A stretch of DNA of 59,264 nucleotides from Actinomycetes bacterium (lineage in GTDB: Bacteria > Actinomycetota > Actinomycetes > S36-B12 > UBA5976). Below are positions 44,891-54,050 of the stretch, piece by piece (within the stretch, counting starts at the first letter, position 1; the number at the start of each line of letters is the position of its first letter). Position numbers and translations under genes: made by a program. Location: assembly GCA_021824095.1 (NCBI GenBank), contig JAKALQ010000004.1:1-59264 (forward strand), read 5' to 3'. The notes below the pieces were generated by a model, which had not been told where the DNA came from, did no database searches, and saw only the letters and a program-made list of their open reading frames with translations.

Positions 44891-44952
44891 CGCTTCACTC
44901 CTGCAACGACCCGCTGACACGGCGTGTCGCGGGTCGTTGCAGGAGTGAAGCG
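44891..44952. repeat. 62-bp near-perfect palindrome, family C
   Basis: 24-bp perfect IR CGCTTCACTCCTGCAACGACCCGC plus inner GACAC/GTGTC. Confidence 0.93.
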
Positions 44953-44992
44953 ACGGCGGCGGACGCGATAGCGTCCGGGGCAGGAGGTGCCC

Positions 44993-45262
44993 ATGCAGTC
45001 ACTCGCAATGGTGGTGACGGTGCTCGCGCTCATCGACGTCGTGAGCAGCGCGTCGGCCATGGTCATCGCATGGCGTACCCGCACACTGCGTGGCTGCTTC
45101 GTCGCCGGCATCGTCGGCATGCCCGGTGCCATGGTGGGCATCCAGTTCATCCTGGCCGTGCAGTCGCTTGGCGCCATCCTGTTCGGTGGCTTCGGCGTCC
45201 TCGGCTTCATCGTCGCGGTGATCCGCATGCTGCGCCTTCCGCGCCGCGGCCAGCCGTCGTAG
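44993..45262 (+). CDS. Small hydrophobic membrane protein
   Basis: AGGAGG RBS, three hydrophobic segments. Confidence 0.6.
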   Translation: MQSLAMVVTVLALIDVVSSASAMVIAWRTRTLRGCFVAGIVGMPGAMVGIQFILAVQSLGAILFGGFGVLGFIVAVIRMLRLPRRGQPS

Positions 45263-45280
45263 CCGCGTACGCTACCCCCC

Positions 45281-45763
45281 ATGCCCAGGGAAAAGGGGCG
45301 CACCCTCGTCGCGCAGAACCGCAAGGCGCGCCACGACTACGCCATCAAGGAGACCTACGAGGCCGGTCTGGTCCTCGTCGGCACCGAGGTGAAGTCGTTG
45401 CGCGCCGGACGCGCGTCGCTGGTGGACGGCTTCGTCACCATCGACGAGGGCGAGGCATGGCTGCACAACGTGCACATCCCCGAGTACGACCAGGGCACCT
45501 GGACCAACCATGAACCGCGTCGCAAGCGCAAACTGCTGCTGAACGGTGCCGAGTTGCGCAAGCTGCGCATGGCTGTTGATCGACAGGGCTTCACCATCGT
45601 GCCGCTGCAGCTGTACTTCAAGGACGGGTACGCGAAGGTCGAGATCGGGCTCGCCGAGGGGCGCAAGGCGCATGACAAGCGTCATGCCATCGCCGAGCGC
45701 GACGCCGCCCGCGAGATGGCGAAGGCCGTGGGCAGGCGTTCCAAGGGACGCTACGACGGCTGA
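45281..45763 (+). CDS. smpB: SsrA-binding protein
   Basis: [28 protein letters not shown]. Confidence 0.98.
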   Translation: MPREKGRTLVAQNRKARHDYAIKETYEAGLVLVGTEVKSLRAGRASLVDGFVTIDEGEAWLHNVHIPEYDQGTWTNHEPRRKRKLLLNGAELRKLRMAVDRQGFTIVPLQLYFKDGYAKVEIGLAEGRKAHDKRHAIAERDAAREMAKAVGRRSKGRYDG

Positions 45764-46008
45764 GCCCGTCGATCCGTCCCTCTGCCGACTCGTCGGCGGC
45801 CCCCGCGCAGCACCGGCGCACCACCCTCCCCGCATTCCCCGCGATCTGTTGTTTCGGGCCCGAAATCCGCGATTTTCAGGCCCAAAACAACAGATCGCGG
45901 ATGGAGAAGGCAACGGTGCCACGCGCGTTCGCTGCTCACGTTGACGCCGCCCGCGAGATGGCGAAGGCCGTGGGTAGGCGTTCCAAGGGACGCTACGACG
46001 GCTGAGCC
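45701..46008 (+). repeat. 66-bp direct repeat of the smpB 3' end (45701-45766 and 45943-46008)
   Basis: GACGCCGCCCGCGAGATG...GACGGCTGAGCC, one mismatch, 242-bp period. Confidence 0.97.
45839..45900. repeat. Palindrome family B copy 2
   Basis: CCGCGATCTGTTGTTTCGGGCC/GGCCCAAAACAACAGATCGCGG. Confidence 0.95.
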
Positions 46009-46035
46009 AGCGCGCCATCGCCTACTGTGGGCGGC

Positions 46036-46611
46036 GTGCAGTACCTGCTGCTCGCGCTCGCCGTGTTCGTTGCCAACGCGGTGCCCGCCTTCGCGCCTCC
46101 GACGTGGTCGATCCTCGTGTGGTTCGAACTCAACCACGAGATGCGCGCGCCCGCCCTCGTCATCATCGGCGTGCTCTGCGCCGTGAGTGGACGCGCCGTG
46201 CTGGCCCTTGTGATGCGGCGCACCACCCGCTGGATGCCCAAGCGCTACGTGGCCAACATGCGATCGGCTGGCGAGGCAGTGACGGCGGTGCGCGGACGAG
46301 CGCTCGCGGTGCTCGCCCTGTTCCTCGTCTCGCCCATCTCGTCGGCGCAGCTGTTCACCGCAGCCGGCATCATGCGCACGGTCCGTCTGCAGCCGTTGCT
46401 CATCGCCTTCGGCCTGGGACGCACGATTTCGTACTCGCTCTACGTCACGGGTGCCCACCTGGTGAAGTCCTCGTCTGCCGGCGACCTGCTGCTCGAGGGC
46501 ATCCGGTCACCGTGGGGTGTGGCGCTGCAGGTTGGGATGGTGCTGGGGGTCATCGCCCTGGGGTCACGCTCCTGGAACCACCGCAGCGGGCAGGCGCCTC
46601 GCCCCGACTGA
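46036..46611 (+). CDS. Membrane protein, DedA/VTT-like
   Basis: N.VPAFAPPTW, SP..SAQLF.AAG, F..GR..SY. Confidence 0.7.
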   Translation: MQYLLLALAVFVANAVPAFAPPTWSILVWFELNHEMRAPALVIIGVLCAVSGRAVLALVMRRTTRWMPKRYVANMRSAGEAVTAVRGRALAVLALFLVSPISSAQLFTAAGIMRTVRLQPLLIAFGLGRTISYSLYVTGAHLVKSSSAGDLLLEGIRSPWGVALQVGMVLGVIALGSRSWNHRSGQAPRPD

Positions 46612-46851
46612 CGGTGCCGTAGCTGGCCTCGGCACGCCAGGGCGCACGGTGCCGGGCACGGACGCCGATCGCTGGCATGTGAGACCGGCGCCCAAGAGCC
46701 CAACGCGCGCGACGATGCATTCGTCCCAACCTCAAATCCAGCCACCGTGGAACGAGGGACACGCGCCGTATCGGCCCCGAATCGCTTCGGCGCACAGGGC
46801 TACTCCCGTGTATGCCACCATTCGCGCGAGGTTGGGTCTGTGTGGGGTGAC

Positions 46852-49020
46852 ATGCGCAGCGCGCTACGCGCGAACACCGCCGCCACAATGGTCGCCGACA
46901 TCGTGGGGGCGATGCTCGTCGCGGTGGCGTCGGCTCTCCTCGCCATGCCATCGCTCCGCGACCGTGGCTTCACCATCACCTGGACGGGTGCCATCGGCCT
47001 GGCCGTGCTGGCGCGCATCGGTCGTCGGCGCTGGCTCGTCTACGTCACCGTGTTCGGCATCATCACCGCGGCCACCTACATGCGCGCTGGCTTCGACTGG
47101 CAGCCATCGTCGGTTCGGGGCCTGGCGGATGCGGTGATCTTCGTGGCGAGCGCCCGCTGGCTGCAGCGATCCGTGCCACGCACACCAGCCACCGTCATGG
47201 AGGCGTGGGCGTTCCTGCGGGTCGCCGGTGGGACGGGGCTGGCGCGAGCCGCTGTCGCCCTCGTCATCTGGATCGTCTGGACGCCCCCGGAGTTCACCGG
47301 CCTGCTCGTGCCGGTGGTCGGGGTGGCGCTGGGGACGGCAATCGGCATCCTCGTCTTCGTCCCCGTCGTGCTGCTGGCCTCGCGCCGCCGCCATTGGCGC
47401 TCTGGTGGCGGTCGGATGTGGCGCAGCGGCAGCGCCTGGGTGGCCGTCACGGCGTTCGTGCAGTTTGCTGCCTTCGTGCACGCCACGGGTGAGCGATACC
47501 TCGGGCTCAGTTTCCTCGTGGTGCCACTCATCGTCATGTTCGCCGCCGTGTACCCACCTGTGCTTCTTGCCATCGAACTCGCGCTCGTGGCGTTGGGCGC
47601 CACCTACGCCACGGCGCTGCGTCTCGGCCCATTCATCGCAGCCAGCGGTGGCGACCTTCGTATTGCCGGCTTCAGCACGCAGGCCTTCCTTATCTCCTTG
47701 CCCGTCGCCGCTTGGCTGCTCGCCGGGGCTGTGGCCGCGAACCGCGCCGACCGCGCTTCGCTACAGCAGCTCGTGGACGTCGACGCCGTTACCGGCTTGC
47801 CAAGTGCCACGCGCATGACGTCCGAGCTGCAGGCTGCCCTTGACGCCCACGCGGGGATGCCGACGGCCGTCGGAGTGATGCTCGTTGACCTCTCGGAGTT
47901 CCACGTGATCAACCGCACCTTCGGCTTCGAGGCGGGCAACGCGGTGCTGCGCACGCTAGGGCAGGCGATTCGAGAGGCGCTTCCGGAGCAGTTCGTCCTC
48001 GGGCGTTTCGAGGGCAACGGCTTGCTTGTCGTCTGCCCTGCCTGCCCGTCCACCGAGGGCCTGGGGTTCGTTGCGGCAGGGGTGCTCGAGGCGGTGGCGC
48101 AGGAGACGGTTGCCTTCGGCCGACGCATCTCGCGCAGCGCCAGCATCGGCATCGCGCTCGCCGGGCCGGACGCCACAGCGGTGAGCCTGCTCCGTGACGC
48201 AGATCAGGCACTGCTGCGCGCCAAGGGCGAAGGACGATCGCGCTTCCACATCTTGAGTCGCGCCTACAGCGAGGGCGAGGCCATCGCCCCGCTTGAACTC
48301 GAGCACGATCTCCGCAACGCGCTGGATGCCGGGCAGTTCGTGCTGCATTACCAACCGCAGGTTCGCTTGGATGACGGTGCCGTCTGCGGGTTTGAGGCGC
48401 TGGTGCGTTGGCAGCATCCGCAACGCGGGCTGCTGGCACCGGCTGCCTTCATCGAGGTGATGGAGGCATCGGGTCTGGTCATACCCCTCGGGCGCTTCGT
48501 GGTGCGCGCAGTGTGTCATCATCTCGTCGCGCATGCGCAACTCGAGGTGCCAGTGAGCATCAACGTGTCGGCGGTGGAGATCGCGGAGCCACAGTGGCTG
48601 CAGGACGTGCTCGCTGTGCTGGAGGAGACGGGTGCGCGGCCCGATCGGCTCGTGCTCGAGATCACCGAGAGCACGGCCCTCGCCCTCACGCCGCGCGCCG
48701 TTGCCGGGCTCGAAGCGCTGCGGGCCATGGGCGTCGGCCTGCACATCGACGACTTCGGGGTGGGCTACACCTCCATTGGGCAGTTGCAGCACCTGCCGGC
48801 GACGGCGATCAAACTGGACCGCACGTTCGTCGTGGGCCTGGAGCCTGGCAATGCAGAGGCCGTGGCCCTCGTGCACGCAATCGCCGCGCTCGCGTCCGGC
48901 CTTGGGCTGGAGACGATCGCCGAGGGCGTGGAGTTCGACGTCCAAGCCGAGGTACTGCGCGCGACGGGCTGGCACATGGCGCAGGGCTACCTATTCGGGC
49001 ATCCAGCCCCCGCTGCCTGA
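46852..49020 (+). CDS. MASE1-like membrane sensor, degenerate GGDEF and EAL phosphodiesterase
   Basis: Multi-TM N-terminus; A-site EGNGL; YQP, EALVRW, DDFG, EGVE, QG. Confidence 0.9.
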   Translation: MRSALRANTAATMVADIVGAMLVAVASALLAMPSLRDRGFTITWTGAIGLAVLARIGRRRWLVYVTVFGIITAATYMRAGFDWQPSSVRGLADAVIFVASARWLQRSVPRTPATVMEAWAFLRVAGGTGLARAAVALVIWIVWTPPEFTGLLVPVVGVALGTAIGILVFVPVVLLASRRRHWRSGGGRMWRSGSAWVAVTAFVQFAAFVHATGERYLGLSFLVVPLIVMFAAVYPPVLLAIELALVALGATYATALRLGPFIAASGGDLRIAGFSTQAFLISLPVAAWLLAGAVAANRADRASLQQLVDVDAVTGLPSATRMTSELQAALDAHAGMPTAVGVMLVDLSEFHVINRTFGFEAGNAVLRTLGQAIREALPEQFVLGRFEGNGLLVVCPACPSTEGLGFVAAGVLEAVAQETVAFGRRISRSASIGIALAGPDATAVSLLRDADQALLRAKGEGRSRFHILSRAYSEGEAIAPLELEHDLRNALDAGQFVLHYQPQVRLDDGAVCGFEALVRWQHPQRGLLAPAAFIEVMEASGLVIPLGRFVVRAVCHHLVAHAQLEVPVSINVSAVEIAEPQWLQDVLAVLEETGARPDRLVLEITESTALALTPRAVAGLEALRAMGVGLHIDDFGVGYTSIGQLQHLPATAIKLDRTFVVGLEPGNAEAVALVHAIAALASGLGLETIAEGVEFDVQAEVLRATGWHMAQGYLFGHPAPAA

Positions 49021-49136
49021 CTCCCAGCGTCGGGTGTGCCCGCTGGACTGTGCATTCGCTGGGGGAATGGCCCAAGGCGGGCCAGCGTTGTGCAGGTGTC
49101 AGATCCTCGCGGTACCCTGACGACACAACTGAACAG

Positions 49137-49513
49137 GGGGGTGACAGGTTTCGACGGTGATCGTTGAGACGAGAGAAGCGGGCTGAGTAGCCGGGGTGAC
49201 CTCACAAATCCGTCCCCGGGACCAATAAATGCCGACAACAGTCGTGCTGACTTCGCCCTTGCTGCATAAGCAAGCGCACTAAATGAAGTCCGTCGGTCCA
49301 CAGTCGTCATCGCTGTGGTCACCGGCGTCGTGAAGATGACTAGCTGCCAGATCCCGGTCACGGGGATCTGAGGGACAGTGACAGTGACTGGGCTGCGTTC
49401 CCTGACGAGCCACGAGATGCAGGGAAGCCGAGAACGCACCAACTGAGGCTGCGCCCGGAGAATGCTCCAATCCTCATCATCGGACCCGGGTTCGATTCCC
49501 GGCACCTCCACCA
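49137..49513 (+). ncRNA. ssrA: tmRNA; tag (A)ADNSRADFALAA at 49231-49269
   Basis: GGGGGTG/CACCTCC acceptor stem with G3-U pair, GGTTTCGAC, TTCGATT T-loop, ACCA end, tag ending ALAA-TAA; TACCCT -10 upstream. Confidence 0.97.
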
Positions 49514-49576
49514 TGGGGGCTAAGTAAGTACTGGCCCCATGGTTAAGTAAGTAGACGCCGAGTGTTCGGCGAGACG

Positions 49577-49610
49577 AGCAGTGGCCAGGCCTTCGGGTCT
49601 GGCCACTGCT
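49577..49610 (+). terminator. cUUCGg-capped 15-bp hairpin downstream of ssrA
   Basis: AGCAGTGGCCAGGCC-TTCG-GGTCTGGCCACTGCT. Confidence 0.65.
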
Positions 49611-49785
49611 GTGTCGTCCTCCGCACGGGTTTCCGCGACTTCGTTCGCCCATGGGACGGGTTCCCGTCATTGCCTGCGCACGGAACAGCGGGAAGCAGCC
49701 CGGCGGGGACTGACCCGAGGGGAACGTTGGGGCGCGGGGCGGGACACCGGGCCTACCATGTATGGAGCGGGAGGTGGCGTCGGGC

Positions 49786-50001
49786 ATGGGCATTGATGAT
49801 GGCGATGCAGCTGGCGCTGATGCTGGAGGTGATCTCCCGACAGAGGAAGATTCGCACCGGATGTTTGAGGCCTACGCGCGCGAGCACCCCGGTCAGCACC
49901 GTGCCGCACCTTGGGGTGGGCCCCAGGACGGGATTCTGAAGCGCCTACTCGCCGCATCGGTCAAGGCCTCGGGTATCAGGATCGGCCGCTTCCCGAGGTA
50001 A
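49786..50001 (+). CDS. Small hypothetical protein
   Basis: GGAGGT RBS and TACCAT -10 upstream; no family recognised. Confidence 0.35.
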   Translation: MGIDDGDAAGADAGGDLPTEEDSHRMFEAYAREHPGQHRAAPWGGPQDGILKRLLAASVKASGIRIGRFPR

Positions 50002-50306
50002 GCGTGCGCGCTCGGAGCGCTGGCCGAGTCTCTGCCGTCGTTGCGTCGACACGCAACGTCTGGCGCTGCTGGGCGCGCCCTGACAGCCTGGGTCATTGGT
50101 CCTATCGCGTGGGGTTTCCCCGGTGTCGCAAGCTGAACCGCTTGGTCTGCTGCCTACGCTCTCGTCGTCCTTCGATGGCACCGTCCCAGCCGCTTGGTCG
50201 GGTGCGGCAGTGCCGTCAGAGGGCTGCCTGTGGGGGATGTGGGTAGCGGCATGGCGGTCCTCGCGCATGCCGAGATGCGACGTGGCGTGTGGAGGTTTGC
50301 CCGCGT

Positions 50307-51932
50307 ATGCAGGCACCAGTCGAGTTGGCGCCGGATGTGTTCTGGGTCGGCCACACACTGGGTGATGATGCGTTCCAGTTGCACGCCTACTTGATTCGCC
50401 ACGGCCAGCAGTCCGTGCTCATCGATCCGGGTTCACTGGTGACGATCGAGCACACGCTGGCGAAGGTGCAACAGGTGGTGGACCTTGATGACATCGCCTG
50501 GATTGTGTGCCATCACCCTGATCCGGACGTCGCCGGCGCGTTGACGCCGCTGTCGGACGTGCTGACGCGACCGGACGTGCAACTGGTCACGGAATGGCGT
50601 GGCGATGCGCTGCTGAAGCATTACCGGCATCGCTTCCCGTCGTATCGCGTCGAGCGCCACGGCTGGGAACTGCCGCTCGGGGATGGGCGCACGCTCGAGT
50701 TCCAGTTCTCGCCCTACCTGCACTTCCCGGGCGCGTTCGTCACCTATGACCCGGTGTCTGCAACGCTCTTCTCGTCGGACATCTTCGGTGGCTTTGTGGA
50801 TGATCCGAGCATGTTGGTCTGCAACGATCCCGACACCGTCGTGGAGGCGGTGCGGCCGTTCCACCAGCACTACATGCCGAGTGGAGCGTTGCTGCGGGCA
50901 AGCCTGCAGCGCATGCAGCAGCGTTGGCCCGACATCGCGCGGGTTGCACCGCAGCACGGGTACGTGTTCGAGGGCGCCGCAGTGGGCCCCACGTTCGCGG
51001 CACTGGAGCAGGTGCAGTGCGGGCTGTTCGTGCAGGAGAGCGCTGATCATGACCTGCAGCGCTTCCTCCAGGTGGCCGAGGGTCGGGCCGAGTTGCAGCG
51101 CAGCATCATGCGCACCGCCGGCGTCGCGTCATGGTTGGGTGCTGTGAATGGCGTGATCGCACGCACCGGGCTGGCTGAGGGCTGCGACATGATCGTGTTC
51201 ATTCCCAACGTCGGATGGCGAAGGTGGGGATGGAGCGTCGATGGTGTGCCTGCTCCGTATCCCACGGGCCCGGACGTGGTGCTGCTGCCCGGTCAGCCGT
51301 TGGCAGCAGTGCAGTTGTTGGGTGCCGCGGACAGCCACGCCATCGCGGAACTGCGAAGCCTGGTGCTGGAGTTCAGTGACGTGCTCCACCCGCTCGTCGA
51401 CGCACTGGTGCGCCAACACCAGCATGCGGACACCGTCGACCACCTACGGCAGGTGAGCGAGACCGACCCACTCACCGGATGCCAGAACCGTCGAGGGCTC
51501 ATGGAGCATCCGCCGACCGGTGCCTACGGGCTGCTCGCCATCGACATCGATCACTTCAAGCAGGTGAACGACAGCGAAGGCCACCAGGCGGGGGATCGCT
51601 GCATCGTCACGGTCGCGCGTGTGCTGCGTGAGTGCCTGCGCCGCAGTGACGTCGTGTACCGGATCGGCGGCGACGAGTTCATCGTCGTCCTGCCCTCGGC
51701 GGATCTCGACCGCACCATGGAGGTCGCGGAGCGCTGCCGGCAGGCGGTGGGCAACGTGCCGTGTCTCGATGACGCCGAGCCGGTCACCTTGAGCATTGGC
51801 GCCACCGCGATCTCGACCGCACGGCCCGTCAGCCTGCAGGAGGCCATCGGCGCCGCGGATTCCGCGCTCTACCAAGCCAAGCGCAACGGCCGCAATCAGA
51901 TCGCCACCGCGACGCCCCTCTCACACCACTGA
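50307..51932 (+). CDS. ODP-like (MBL-fold di-iron) domain diguanylate cyclase
   Basis: LIDPG, HHPDPD, YLHFPG, LFSSD, FH..YMP, APQHG; DPLTG..NRR, DIDHFK, RRSD, GGDEF. Confidence 0.88.
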   Translation: MQAPVELAPDVFWVGHTLGDDAFQLHAYLIRHGQQSVLIDPGSLVTIEHTLAKVQQVVDLDDIAWIVCHHPDPDVAGALTPLSDVLTRPDVQLVTEWRGDALLKHYRHRFPSYRVERHGWELPLGDGRTLEFQFSPYLHFPGAFVTYDPVSATLFSSDIFGGFVDDPSMLVCNDPDTVVEAVRPFHQHYMPSGALLRASLQRMQQRWPDIARVAPQHGYVFEGAAVGPTFAALEQVQCGLFVQESADHDLQRFLQVAEGRAELQRSIMRTAGVASWLGAVNGVIARTGLAEGCDMIVFIPNVGWRRWGWSVDGVPAPYPTGPDVVLLPGQPLAAVQLLGAADSHAIAELRSLVLEFSDVLHPLVDALVRQHQHADTVDHLRQVSETDPLTGCQNRRGLMEHPPTGAYGLLAIDIDHFKQVNDSEGHQAGDRCIVTVARVLRECLRRSDVVYRIGGDEFIVVLPSADLDRTMEVAERCRQAVGNVPCLDDAEPVTLSIGATAISTARPVSLQEAIGAADSALYQAKRNGRNQIATATPLSHH

Positions 51933-52062
51933 GCAACGCACAGCGCGATTTGGATGCGGGCGCGTCGTACGTGTGGACGCCCGGGGACGGCAGGCGCACG
52001 CAGGCTCCGTGAAGCGCACTCGGCTGTCCATGCACTGGCGCGGATGTCCACGCGATGTGCGG

Positions 52063-52668
52063 TCATGCCCTCCGGCGGTAGCGGATGTGCGTCGTGAGCG
52101 GCGAGTGCAGGACCTCGACGGGCTCAAAGTCGAAGGACTCGATGCCATCGAAGAGTCGCTCGCCTGCCCCAAGGAGGACGGGCGCAATGTCGAGCGTGAG
52201 TTCGTCGATGACGCCCGCGGCAAGCGCCTGCCGAACTGTCGATGCGCCGCCAGCGATGTCCACGCCGCCGTCCCCTGCCGCCGCCCGGGCTGCTGCGTAG
52301 GCCGCTGCAAAACCGTCGGTGATGAAGTGGAACGACGTGCCCCCATCCAGGTGGATCGGGTCACGCGTATGGTGCGTGAGAACGAACACCGGTGCGTGAT
52401 ACGGCGGCTCGGCACCCCACCAGCCGTGCCAGTCCTCGTCCCACTCGCCGCGGATGGGGCCGAACATGTTGCGGCCCATAATGTAGGCACCACGCGGTCG
52501 CATGAGCCACGCGGTGGCCTCGCGGTCGGCGGTCGTGGCGCGCGGGTCGCCGATGTGCCACCCATGCAGCTCCTGGCCGCGCATCCCCAGTGGGTGCTCA
52601 CGGCTCTGGTGTGGCCCGGCGACGAAGCCGTCCAGCGAGATCGACATGTGGCAGGTGGTGTCCGACAC
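52063..52668 (-). CDS. Dihydrofolate reductase-like (RibD C-terminal) protein
   Basis: SLDGF.AG, MGR, V.IAGG, IDEL...APVLLG.G.RLF. Confidence 0.92.
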   Translation of the reverse strand: MSDTTCHMSISLDGFVAGPHQSREHPLGMRGQELHGWHIGDPRATTADREATAWLMRPRGAYIMGRNMFGPIRGEWDEDWHGWWGAEPPYHAPVFVLTHHTRDPIHLDGGTSFHFITDGFAAAYAAARAAAGDGGVDIAGGASTVRQALAAGVIDELTLDIAPVLLGAGERLFDGIESFDFEPVEVLHSPLTTHIRYRRRA

Positions 52669-52844
52669 CGCGAACCTCCGATGCGTGCGGGGGCGTCGCG
52701 TCACTGTAGCAATCGCATGGTGACGGGACGGCGGACGTGCGGATCGCACGCACCGAAGGCTGGCGCGCGAGCCGTGTGCGCCATCGCGTTCTGAGGGACA
52801 ATGTGCGGCGCGGCGCCGCGCCGCGGGCACGGAGGGCGAAGGCC

Positions 52845-53258
52845 ATGGTGGACGAGGGTCCGTTCTTCCACGGCACAGTCGCAGACCTGCAGGTTGGTGA
52901 CCTGCTGCTTCCCGGTTTCCGGTCCAACTACCGTCCCGACGTGATCATGCGCCACGTCTACTTCACGGCCCTCCGTGATGGTGCTGGACTCGCAGCCGAG
53001 TTGGCGGTCGAATTGCGGGGAGCGCCAGCGCAACCCCGTGTGTACGAGGTCGAACCCACCGGGCCGTTTGAGGACGATCCCAATGTGACCGACAAGAAGT
53101 TCCCGGGCAATCCCACCCGCTCCTACCGCAGCAGCGAACCCCTGCGGATCGTGCGGGAGCTGACGGACTGGACCAGGTTGACGCCCGAGGCGCTGCAGCA
53201 GTGGCGCGAGCGCTTGGCCGCCATCCTCGCCGATGAGCGCGGCGAGATCATCAACTAG
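52845..53258 (+). CDS. arr: NAD+-rifampin ADP-ribosyltransferase
   Basis: FFHGT.ADL..GDLL, HVYFT, FEDDPNVTDKKFPGNPTRSYRS. Confidence 0.96.
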   Translation: MVDEGPFFHGTVADLQVGDLLLPGFRSNYRPDVIMRHVYFTALRDGAGLAAELAVELRGAPAQPRVYEVEPTGPFEDDPNVTDKKFPGNPTRSYRSSEPLRIVRELTDWTRLTPEALQQWRERLAAILADERGEIIN

Positions 53259-53327
53259 GGCAACGTGTTTGCGCTCGGGGCGGGCCTTCGTCCGTGGCGT
53301 GCCAGCGATGCGGGCGCGCGCGCCGGC

Positions 53328-54005
53328 TCAGTGCCAGCGTGCGACCGATGTCACCGTGTTCGGTGCCACCTCCGTGAAGCCACCGTCGTGCACGGTGACG
53401 TCTGCCTCCGTTTGTGCCTGGGCCCAACCCGCGACATCGGGGTGGACGACCGACACCGGATAGCCCAGCGCACGCCATGCCTCGCGGCGTTCGTCCGGCA
53501 TGGATGCGAGGGCCAGCTGCGCCGCGTGTGCGGCAGCGGCGGCTGCCTTGCCGAGTGACAGCGCTGGCGCGGCGGAGATGTGGACGATCACGGAGCCGAC
53601 CGGGAACGTGGACGGATCCACGGCCCCCAACTCGTCGGGCTCGCTGCCGGACAACTGCAGCTTGCGGATCGGTGCGGGAACGACATCGACGGGGCATGGT
53701 GGGAAGGCGCGAACCTGCGCCCGGCCCACGGTGGCTGTCACCCCGGGCAGTTCCTGCACTGCGTCCCAGGTGGCACCGCGCGCACGTCGTGCGTGCTTGC
53801 GGATGCGGCCGTCTTTCGCCCACGTGGTGAGCGCGTCGAGCCAGAGCCCGCCCGCAGCCGCGTCCGGTGCAGTCAGCAGGCCAACGACAGCACGGGCTGC
53901 TGCCTCGCACAACTCCGTCCGTGACGGAGCGTCTTGCTTGCGCATGTGCAGCACGAGCTGCATCGCCCAGGGCGCGGGCTCATCGCCATGTGTCTCGTCG
54001 GACAT
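53328..54005 (-). CDS. PTH2-like peptidyl-tRNA hydrolase domain protein
   Basis: LS.GKAAA..AHA and V.DGGFTEVAP.T.T; RIRK..RRARG. Confidence 0.8.
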   Translation of the reverse strand: MSDETHGDEPAPWAMQLVLHMRKQDAPSRTELCEAAARAVVGLLTAPDAAAGGLWLDALTTWAKDGRIRKHARRARGATWDAVQELPGVTATVGRAQVRAFPPCPVDVVPAPIRKLQLSGSEPDELGAVDPSTFPVGSVIVHISAAPALSLGKAAAAAAHAAQLALASMPDERREAWRALGYPVSVVHPDVAGWAQAQTEADVTVHDGGFTEVAPNTVTSVARWH

Positions 54006-54050
54006 GCTGTGCCCTCCCAATGTCCCAGCCGTCACGAGTGCGAACCGCGA

